The position numbers and the translations under genes are program-made. A stretch of DNA of 64,000 nt from Octopus bimaculoides (taxonomy: Eukaryota), in contig NC_068982.1 in the NCBI RefSeq assembly GCF_001194135.2, forward strand, positions 129,133,180-129,197,179, written 5' to 3'. How positions within the stretch are numbered: the stretch's first letter is position 1; every line of letters begins with the position of its first letter. Shown one piece after another: positions 10,389 to 19,516 of the stretch. The notes under the pieces are model-generated. The model had not been told where the DNA came from. It saw nothing but the letters and a program-made list of their open reading frames with translations, and did not search any database.

Positions 10389-12597
10389 ATGTTTGTGTCT
10401 GTGTTTGTCCCCCTAGCATTGCTTGACAACCGATGCTGGCGTGTTTATGTCCCCGTCACTTAGCGGTTCAGCAAAAGAAACCGATTGAATAAGTACTAGA
10501 CTTACAGAGAATAAGTCTCGGGGTCAATTTGCTCGATTAAAGGCAGTGCTCCAGCATGGCCGCAGTCAAATGACTGAAACAAGTAAAAAAGACAACAGGC
10601 TTCTTTCATTTTCTGTCTACCAAATTCACTCACAAAGCTTTGGTTGCCCCAAGGCTATAGTAGAAGACACTTGCTCAAGGTACCACACAGTGGGACTGAA
10701 CCCAGTACCATGTGGTTAGGAAGCAAGTTTCTTACCACACAGCCACTCCTGCTCACAGTATTTACAAATGTCCACTCTACTATAGGTACAAGGCCTGAAA
10801 TTTTGCTGGGAGGGACTAGTTGATTACATCAATCCCAGTGTCAAACTGGTATTCATTTCATTGACCCCCCACCAAAAGGATGCAAGGCAAAGTTGACCTT
10901 AGTGGAACATGAAGACAGAACATAAAGACAGATAAAATGCTCCTAAGCATTTTGTCCTGTGTGCTAACAATTCTGCCAGCTCACTATTTCACAATATTTA
11001 CAAAGATGCAAAATAAAACTGGGAACCTATCCAATATTGACTGAAAATACAAGGTTAATTTACCTGTTAAATAGACTATTTCTTTCAGCAGAAGGTCAAC
11101 TATGTGGGCAGCTTCCAGTCTCTTACCTGAATAAAGTAAAAAAAAAAAATCAGATATTTCTTTATATCAAAGATAACAAATCAATATTATTTAATTATAT
11201 CTATAACACAAAACCATGTGCTTTAAAATATTTTTAGTTTTTGAGCCATGATAATGATCTTCATCATTGCTTTTATGTCAACTTTATCCTTGCTGGCATG
11301 GGTTGAATGAGACTTGTTGAGGCAGTTTTCTGTGGTTGGATACTTTTCTTGTTACCAAACCTTATTTGTTTTCCATGTAAAGACTATATCATTCTGCTGA
11401 TCTTTATACGAAATTGCCAAGCTGTGGAATGTATTGGTTATGGGATATGTAAACAAATACACCTCTGACTAAACAATATCTATGTAAAGACAAGCAGAAA
11501 CAAGCACACACACACACACACGATAGACTTCTGTGCAGTTTTCATCAATTAGATTTCATCTGCACAGCATTAACCAATCAGCGGCATTAACTAGTAGTAG
11601 ACACTTGTCACACAAACAAGGTGCCACATAATGGGATGAAACCTAAAATCCTATGGTTGTAATGATGTCAACTTTGCTAATCACACAACTATGCAGATGC
11701 CTCCTGCATGAGAAAATATATTAAGTCATTTAACAAGCATAAAATATGTACAAAAATAAATACTAGGGTGTTACCCAATCTCTAGTGACAGTCATCACTC
11801 TCTCTCCCTCCTATCTCTCTGTTTCTACCATCATGCTGTTGTTCCCTTCATACACCCGTCCTGGCTCTTCTGTCATCACCCACTCTATTTTTAATCACTT
11901 CTTTCACCATAGTGATTTGAGTGAATGTACAAGTTTTAGAGTAGTGAGTACTCTTCGTTCTTACAGCATAAAAGGTAAACCCTCCTGTGTTAGTGCTATG
12001 ATAAGATGAACCCAGTACTATGTACAAAAAGGGTTGGTGAATGAGAAGAAGCATAGAATTGAGAGATTTCCTTAGTTTTGTCTTGTTGAAGACATGATAA
12101 CTTCTCTAGAGTTAACACTGAGATAAAATACACCCCTTACATGTGATAAAATAGTTGAAGAAAGGGAAGGCATCCAACCATAGAAATGAAACCAAGAATG
12201 AAGCAAACAATTTTGCAACTTATAAAGAGCAGTTGTTCCCAATAAGAATTGTCCTGGACAGGGACATTCTGTCCGGCACATGTCAGCATGAAAAGCAGAC
12301 ATAAAATGATGATGACAACATCAAGGGTTTTATAATTCTAATTACATAATGATAATAAAAAAAAAACATTTGACATGTTTACATACATTAGAAAGAGAAA
12401 TATTAGTTAATATACTTAAAATTCAAATAATTAAAAACTGAAAACATTGAATTATATTTATGATTTGTTAGATTCATATTCAGAATATGTAAAAAGAAAA
12501 CAGTTTTGAAATTACTTTCATAGAAAACATCATCACTACTCTTGGAGCTCGATTTGCTGCGAGCTTCAGAATTCAAGGAGGCAGAATAATAAGCCAT
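1..12597 (-). CDS. SESTD1: SEC14/CRAL-TRIO plus spectrin-repeat protein, SESTD1-like; 9 coding exons, 3' end outside the window
   Basis: Manual splicing of 12597-12516, 11126-11064, 8584-8470, 7198-7108, 5498-5406, 4396-4283, 3903-3726, 2444-2221 and 118-1 gives one open frame with matching phases (1,1,2,0,0,0,1,0): MAYYSAS...VFYESKRLEAAHIVDLLLKEIVYLTGGRDKEGGPILTFP...GFTVIIDNR...QLTENLGGQLPFKHSHWLQNRMDFEKFMKDS...VVDWILGPGEKLL. From recall, the motifs match the N-terminal SEC14 domain and first spectrin repeats of the SESTD1/Trio/Kalirin/MCF2L group. WLxxRxxFEKFxKxS and VVxWxxGPG favour SESTD1. A DH-PH-bearing paralog cannot be excluded. Confidence 0.8.
345..525 (-). mobile_element. tRNA-derived SINE family A, decayed partial copy
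   Basis: Reverse complement of the family A head (gggactgaacc, cttgccca, actcacaagg). Confidence 0.7.
537..906 (+). mobile_element. SINE family A, CpG-decayed full-length copy
   Basis: Pol III A/B-box-like head, ttgggcaagtg-type core, internal (CA)/(TG) tract, gactgaaacaag tail; colinear with the 29946 copy. Confidence 0.85.
1895..2212 (+). mobile_element. LINE-type 3' end with (GAT)n tail; related pieces near 3420, 7980, 9150, 12140 and 25000
   Basis: Repeated gcatccagctgtagaaa...ccaacccatgccagcat...gacgttaaa motif ending in gatgatgat. Confidence 0.65.
2221..2444 (-). CDS. SESTD1-like coding exon 8 (GKILLNQLQK...ELQISIST), spectrin-like helix
   Basis: ttttcttcag|GG...ACG|GTATGT; 224 nt, phase 1-0. 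Confidence 0.88.
2975..3295 (+). mobile_element. Penelope-like element fragment (Cys-rich linker and start of GIY-YIG)
   Basis: KCGRPNCGTC...FTIKTNFTCASENLIYVI in the 2975..3421 ORF, ending in (TA)n. Confidence 0.8.
3726..3903 (-). CDS. SESTD1-like coding exon 7 (DFEKFMKDSKSASNHLDH...PANVINY)
   Basis: ttcaatag|GAT...TATG|GTAAGT; 178 nt, phase 0-1. Confidence 0.88.
4283..4396 (-). CDS. SESTD1-like coding exon 6 (IQYVTLKQLTNFISPYQLTENLGGQLPFKHSHWLQNRM)
   Basis: ttacag|ATT...ATG|GTAAGT; aligns without gaps to the recalled SESTD1 segment [38 protein letters not shown]. Confidence 0.93.
4500..4935 (-). mobile_element. RTE-clade LINE 3' RT fragment, decayed
   Basis: The reverse complement is colinear with 32435-32900 (tatggtcatgaat...gagatcagggagtctctcca...cttcaagc). 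Confidence 0.7.
5406..5498 (-). CDS. SESTD1-like coding exon 5 (KSLHEQLKRILILKTSPEDNPGRLNIDIADR)
   Basis: tttctttcag|AAATCA; phase 0-0; weak donor AGG|GTACTT with an in-frame stop just beyond it. Confidence 0.7.
5857..7000 (-). pseudogene. Mariner transposase remnant in intron 4, frameshifted
   Basis: IRFLYLKGRTPKE (HTH), WIPWMLT (WVPxxL), DETW-like, SAGKVMLTAFW, QDNTPVH, HPPYSPGLAPS motifs over ORFs 6485..7069 and 5983..6522. Confidence 0.9.
7108..7198 (-). CDS. SESTD1-like coding exon 4 (EESQWQGFTVIIDNRSETWSDLYYLLEVLK)
   Basis: ttattttcag|TGAA...AAAG|GTAAGG; GFTVIIDxR..W motif. Confidence 0.92.
8470..8584 (-). CDS. SESTD1-like coding exon 3 (GRDKEGGPILTFPMHREPVTFNQKDIYDCIEYLSQIP)
   Basis: gaccag|GTGG...CCAAG|GTAATG; GGRDxxGGPILTFP and YLxxIPS SEC14 motifs. 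Confidence 0.92.
8797..9080 (-). mobile_element. SINE with CORE-like head and family B 3' half, CpG-decayed
   Basis: ttgtgtccttgag core followed by ttgtacctgtaattcaaagggcc...gatt(g)gattaactggaacc, shared with family B. Confidence 0.75.
10177..10590 (+). mobile_element. SINE family A, full length
   Basis: Colinear with 29946-30352, with an internal (TA)n/(TG)n tract. Confidence 0.9.
10595..10755 (-). mobile_element. SINE family A, head half, inverted relative to the 10177 copy
   Basis: gaagacacttgctcaagg...gggactgaaccc...accacacagccactcctgc. Confidence 0.85.
11064..11126 (-). CDS. SESTD1-like coding exon 2 (KRLEAAHIVDLLLKEIVYLT)
   Basis: ttttactttattcag|GTAAGA...ACAG|GTAAAT; 63 nt, phase 1-1; resembles SESTD1 MEASVILPILKKKLAFLSG. 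Confidence 0.85.
12516..12597 (-). CDS. SESTD1-like coding exon 1 (MAYYSASLNSEARSKSSSKSSDDVFYE); exon extends to acceptor at 12608
   Basis: Acceptor tatttcag|GC at 12608, ATG in ACAAAATGG context, donor A|GTAATT; phase 1 fits the next exon. Confidence 0.7.
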
Positions 12598-15500
12598 TTT
12601 GTAGTGGCCTGAAATATAACAAAGTGAAAATGATTTTAAAATAATAAACACTGAAATACAGCAAAAATAAATTTTATTGAATTGAATAAAATATTTTAGA
12701 AGTAACAATATGATGTTATATGTTAGACAAACTTCGACCTATTACCTTAGTTATGTCATTCATATTTAGGATTGTATATTCAAATAACATATATACATTA
12801 TTAATTACTCAGTCAACAAGATAGAAATTAGAAGTCATATTTTTTTATTACCCACGAGGGGCTAAACATAGAAGGGAAGAAGATAGAAATTAGAAGTCAT
12901 TTATGCTGTCACTTCAAAACTAGATTGAATAAATCATATCTCATGGTTAGGTTATGTTGCAGATGCTACTTTATGTTCCGTGTTCACTTCATTGCTGCCA
13001 TTCTCGGTATCAAGTTGATGTTAATCACTCTCCTTCAGTACAGCTTCTCGCCCAGGTGACGTCTATAAACTTATCTATCTCATCTCTCTCTCTCCATCTT
13101 ATTTTCTCTTGCTGTGTGAACCTGACCCCCTTTAGTTTCCATCTGTGGTTATTTCTTCTGTCCTCAACTCCAACCTGCCAATATTTTCTCTTCCTCATAT
13201 ATTTGACGTTTTGTACTTTCGTTCGGTCTCTTATCCATTAGTAAAATTTTCTGTCCTTCTTCAGTATTCCCTCTCATACATTTTACTATTTCTTAACGTT
13301 GTTTTTAAGCCACTGCTCTGCGTTTTTAATAGCTCATGACTCTGCACCATAAAGTCATTGTTAGTTCTATTCACTAACTAAATATTGCACTTCAGTGTCA
13401 ACTTACATTTCAGTGTCAACTTACTTTTCAAAATGACAATTTAACAAACAGCCTATCCATCTTAAATTCGTCTTTTTATTTCCTGTGAATCAGAAGTTCT
13501 CAACTAGATGTCTCTGGTTGCCCAAATGACTGGTCTACAGGGAAAATAAACGTCTGTCACATATTACTGTAATATTAAAAGATTAGGGTTTCATAGTATG
13601 TTTTTATTTTTTTGGTATAATTTTATTGATTTTATCTCAAGTGGTCCTCCAAAATATGTAATGAATCAGTGGTCCACGATAAAAAGCAAAACAAAACTTC
13701 TAAATAGCCGTATTCCACTTAGCCAGCTGTTCAAGACACTTAACTATATTTATCAGCTGTTATTGTAGTACCATGCGACTGCTGAATAGGACTTAAATTA
13801 TCTTCATACTTTTAGAGCCACCTTGCTACTTTCGCAGTTCAGTTCATTTGACATATTTAATATTATTATTAGATAAGCAATACAAAGAAGGAAGATCTAA
13901 TAAGATCTGATACTAAGGATCTCATTTTGCTTAAATATTTGATGATCGTTACAAAAATATTTTGAAATGACTTCGATATAAATTTAATATATTTGTTCGA
14001 ATCAATATTTGGAATCATAAAGTAAAAGAATATTTCATTTCATTGATATTTTATAGTGATTAGTAATTATTTAATGTTTCAAAATTTATATTACTATGGT
14101 AGGAGTTAAGGTAATACGTTTACTTAGAAAGCATCTTATATTTCTTGCCAAACTGAAGTTTAAATTCGCAAAACATTATAGAATTATTATTAAATCGACC
14201 TCAATTATAATTTATAGAATTAAATTCACCTCAAAAGTATTTAACTCCAGATCAATTTTATTCTATCAAACAAGTTTGAAACTTATTCTACTTTATATTT
14301 TGCAACGTTGAGATAATTACAAATGGATTATAACATTGTATGTATATTTATAAAATGTCAAATAGTTTTATATCTAGCTCGACCTTAAGAAAGAAAAAAG
14401 CATATATGTGTGTGTCTGGTGAAGGAAACAGAAAAGTAGATCTCGAAACAATATGAGCATATATACATTTTTTTTTATTACTAATCTGCAAAAGTTAAAC
14501 AACTCAAGGACCGTGAGTTTCGTGCGCTGGCACAACACACGCAAATCCCGGCCTTTTTGTCACTAACTTATGCCGATTATTTGTAAAAAAAAAAGTCTGT
14601 GTGTGTGAGTATATATATATGTGTGTGACGAATTAAAACAGTTTAACATTAAACTGAAGAATTATTCGATGCTTTTTGTAGAGTACGTATACTTTTATAA
14701 AGAAGGGTAACATGTAACCCCTCTTGTAAAAACTATGCAAGTATATATGTATAAAAAGGTATTCAAGATAAGTAAACCAAAAATTGTTTTTGTTGTTTTT
14801 TTTCACCACCACCCTCCCCACTGATATACATAGGTGATGAAATACTTTTGACAAACAGAAATATTTCTAATTTCGGTCCCTGAACACCACTGAATTTTAT
14901 CTGACAAGTTATCGTAAGATTTAGACACAACTTTTCACGGAACAATCAACAATAAAGTATTGTTTATACTTTTGTCCTTTGTATTAAGTCATTATAATAC
15001 AATTGTACCTTTGTTGATGAAATATTAATGTCAGAAATTACAGAAACAATAACATACTATGATATAATGAATTACAACTATTTCGTACGATATGTTGTAG
15101 AAAATATTCAATGGGCACTTTTAAAGCATTCAGGCACAATAATGTAAAAACATAATTCAAAAACTTCACCTGAACTCAGATATTTAGGTAAATGGGTCGC
15201 ACTTAGTATAATAAAAGCTAAATTTTACACGAGATAAAATAAATGTTTTCAGGCTTTTTTTTCTTCTGGTGAAATGTATATATAATTAACAAAAGAAAGC
15301 ACCTAGTTTAGTATAGAAGAAGTTTATTATATTTTATGACATTTTAAAAACATTTCTATTTAGTTCTGACACCATTAATTTTATACTTTTATAATTGTAC
15401 AGAAGTTTTGTAATTTATTTCAATAAATCTTAAAATGTTAATCAACTTAGTTAAATGTTTCCAACCTAAGAAACTTCTTAAAACAGGACTTATGTTGCAG

Positions 15501-17818
15501 GGCGCAGTTAATTAGCTGACATCCTGAATAAGATTTTAAAATACGTTTGTGTTGTACTGCATTCTTGTCGATCTATAGAAACAAACAAAACTAGGGTGAA
15601 CTTGTATCTTAAACAAACCAGTTTAGACCAAAACAAAATATGGAGCAAAGGAAATGACGCAGGCATATTACTATTTGAGTGTGTTACAAGAATTTTAACA
15701 ATTTAAAATAGGTTTCTTCTGGCACAATAAAGTTTATAATTGCTCTAGAATGATTTAATAAATATCCATATAATAAACATATAGCGATTTTGGATGAAGT
15801 CATGAAGAGGTAAAAACTGTGAGGTTATTTAGGGTTCTCGTCGAATATCAAAAGGCGTATTAAACAGAAAGTAAACAAGGAAGTTGTGGTGATGTGAATC
15901 TGCATCGTTCAACGATGAGGCCGAATTGTCTAAACAACTGAATAACTGCTCCCGAATTAACGTGGAAGGGGTTGAGTCACAAGTGTGAACCTTTTGAATT
16001 ACAGGTACAATCCACCTGGCAGGCTTATAGATTCTGCCTACTGAGTTTCACGCAGAAAGTATGAATCGACTCAGGGAAAAATGACAGTTGGTCAAAAATG
16101 CCATGCAGTGGGCTCGAACATGGGACATTGTGGTTGCAAAACGAACTTTTCAACCATTCGGCCATAGTGCGCCGACTAAACAGGGAAAGTGTACGTCAGG
16201 GCTAAATTGAGATATCTGGAACAACAAATGTTTCTATTGTTGATCAAGGAACTAGCTTAACTCAGAAGTTACAGTGTAATAGAATGTAATAGAAGGTATG
16301 ATTCTAAACTTTACATTTAGTTATTCAGACACAATAATCAGAGTTACTTCCTAAAATTTCAATTAGGAGAATGAAAAATATTGTAAACTTTTGGGAGTGT
16401 ATACGTTTCACATTCCTTGAATAGTTGTTATTCCTAAGACCATTTACGTACATAATTTTTAAAGAAACGATGTTTAATATATATATATATATAGGCAAAA
16501 CATTGCTATATACATACACACATATATATGCAAATTATTGCTATATATATACATACATATCTAAGCTAAATGCAATCAAAACAGCTCAACAACTGTTGCT
16601 AATGAAATCGCGATCTGTAACTGATCAGGTGTGTTATAAAATAACGCACAACTGTGCTGAATATTAAGACGATGAAAATTAAATAATAGAATTAAACTGC
16701 ATGTAAAGTAAAAACGAAAATATATTCATGAACGGATCACAATTGGAAATTAAAGGTAGGACTCAGAGTTTTTCGGCTGGAATGGGACAAACACCCCGAA
16801 ATCGAACGATATGGTGTGTAAGCGGTGTATATTTATGTCTTCTGTCACTAGTTTATGAAATTTATAAGCCTTTCGACGAGAAATGTTACAAGGAAGCTAC
16901 GAGAATTATTAAAACTTATCTGTATGAAACATAATATAAATTATAATGTAATAATATAAGAATCACCCACGGAGTCTCTATGTGGTCATCTGATCTGCCA
17001 GAAGCAACAGTCAAATTTCCCTCAAATTATATCCTACCGTTTAAAAAAAAATAAAGGAAAACTGTGTCTGAAAAACAAAGACGAGTTGATCACGGTTGGA
17101 ATGTCTTTGGTGATGTGTCTACACAACCATGACCGGGTTGCTTCGTAGGTGATTAACGACTAAGCAAATTCAAACGATCAATCTGTATCAATAATATTAA
17201 TCAAATTTTTGTCATTTTCTAAAAGCAACAGGTGAAAATAGTTTACGGATGATATAGTTAATTAAAACTAGCTTTATTGACATACCTGAACCACCTCCAG
17301 TTAAGGGGGGCAACTGGTTTCAGTCAAATCTACATATATATGTATATCCACTACAACATGCTTGACGTTGTATAGAGTGACCCATCCAGGTATGTTAAAC
17401 TAGGTTGTCTACGCCTCACTCAACTTGACAGCAGTTAACGACAATGGCTGTTGTCGTACATTACAAGTTACTTTAATCGTCGTATTTCATTTATTTCCAA
17501 ACGGTAACAATAAACTGGGTTTAAAAGACAACAGTAGAATATATTATATTTGAATATTTTTCTATATAAAATACGACAATTTAAAGGTTTTAGTTATAAC
17601 GTGTAAATGTATTAAGGAGTCAGCAGGAGGAGATGCAATTAAGGTAACAGCCTTGACAACTTTCAACAAACAGGTTCTCGAAACATTGACAAGTCTTATT
17701 GAGAGAAAGAAAAGTCGAAACATTAAACTGGCTACTTATCACACACACACCCGTCAACACATACATACATGCATGCATGCATACATACATACATACATAC
17801 ATACACACGTTAACAGAT

Positions 17819-17855
<37 letters not shown>

Positions 17856-17993
17856 TAATGTGCGTCTATGAATGTATAAAGCAAATAGTTAAGATTCTTT
17901 AAAACCACATTAACTACATACATACATACATACATACATGCATACAAAAATACCCTGTTGATGTTTATGAAATTCCAATGAAGTTAAATCTGC

Positions 17994-18045
<52 letters not shown>

Positions 18046-18299
18046 ACTACAACCTACAACATGCTTGAATCTAGGTTAGAAACCGGCTCTTTCTCTTTTG
18101 ATAAGAAATCTTGAAATAAAACTGAATAATGACATACATGCATACATACATACATGTATATAGGAAAGTGGAAATCTGGTTTTATTTATTCTTCATCACA
18201 CGTGTTTCGCTTGTTAATAGGAATCACTAAGATTTACATGTTTGATAGACATGTAAAGAGTTTCTAATAGGAAATTCTTTACATGTCTAACAGGTAACT

Positions 18300-18545
18300 C
18301 TTCAAACTGCTCCAGCCTTTAGAATGTCTTCCACGCTGTATGTGGCCGAGTATTTTTCTGATGGAAAAACACCTTTCGTCTTGAAACCAAAGATGGTCGT
18401 TTTTCTTCTAGCGCTGACTTAAGCCGCTCAAGTTGCTCGTAGTAGATCTTCTTTGTTATCATTTGGTTTGAGTTTAAAAGTTCAGAGTGGACTAAACCTT
18501 TCATATCCCACCAAACAGATAACAACACCTTACGTAGGTGAAGAC
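18300..18545 (-). pseudogene. Mariner transposase fragment
   Basis: LLSVWWDMKGLVHSELL...KRPSLVSRRKVFFHQKNTRPH (decayed HDNARPH). Confidence 0.85.
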
Positions 18546-18749
18546 CTTCTTTAACCTGGGATGCTGGTGTTTCTCCTTTCCCTATCTTGTAAATGAAAAT
18601 TTTATTTAATCAAGATATCCTTGGCCTGACGAGTAACCTGCGGTATACACCTCGCTTGGATATTTACCACTTCCGAGGTTCCGCTCGCTATGAAACATAT
18701 GTAGCTCGGATCTTATCTACTCTATTCCTTAACTCTTGTATTTTTATTC

Positions 18750-19250
18750 GCATACCTGGCAACCTTGGTTGAAGCGACGGCTCGTAGATAAAATTTTTAG
18801 CCGTTGTTTTAATATTGTGTAAAAGGAAACAAACATATAAAAGAAAATTTATACATAAACTTGATCGTTTCGCGTTTTAGCCACTGCCGGGTAGTGTGTT
18901 TAATTTGTTCAATGAACTCGCCACGAATTCCCTCTTACTTTTCAAAAATACCCCCTAAATCACAAAATAAGGGCGGGGTGCTATTTTTCAAATCCTGGCA
19001 GCAACACTGAAGCTGGGAGCAGGATAATAATCTAATTCTACATTTTATCACATTCTAGAGTATAAACATGTTTTTGAGCACAACACACGCGGAGTCAAAA
19101 AGCAACATTAGTTTTCACCTGGTACTGTCGTTCATGCAGTGCTCTCTCTCCCAAGTATGAAGCTTCCTATCTCGGACATGTGAGCATGCGCACAACATCC
19201 AAACACCGCGTCGCTGGAACTGTGAAGCGCACAGTTCTATACAAGGATTT
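18750..19250 (-). promoter_or_regulatory. Candidate promoter and 5'UTR first exon of the SESTD1-like gene
   Basis: CpG-containing non-repeat DNA; minus-strand donor CCAG|GTATGC at 18756/18755; GGGCGGGG box near 18971; GCATGCGC motif near 19184. Confidence 0.3.
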
Positions 19251-19472
19251 TTCTATTTTTTTCATAAACTAGGGGATGGCTACTGACATTAAGCTTAAGG
19301 ATTATATAATGTACAAGTATAAAGAAAGAATTAAAGGGGAAAAAAACTCATTATATTGAATGTTATCGATGATATCGAGTGGAAATAGTGGTGCTGCAGT
19401 TCCGCAGTTCCTATACCCAAGCCGATAAGAAAAAAAATCCACAACCTTCAGTCTCAATGAACCACTATTGTT

Positions 19473-19516
19473 AAAGACAAAGCTATTGAAAGACAAAGCT
19501 ATTGAAAGACAAAGCT
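19473..19516. repeat. 16-bp tandem repeat, about 3 copies (aaagacaaagctattg)
   Basis: Read directly. Confidence 0.9.

Noticed and set aside
19473-19516. Short direct repeats (also 46605-46656 and 13390-13430) as CRISPR-like arrays
   Set aside because: Head-to-tail tandem units with no unique spacers, no cas genes and a eukaryotic context.
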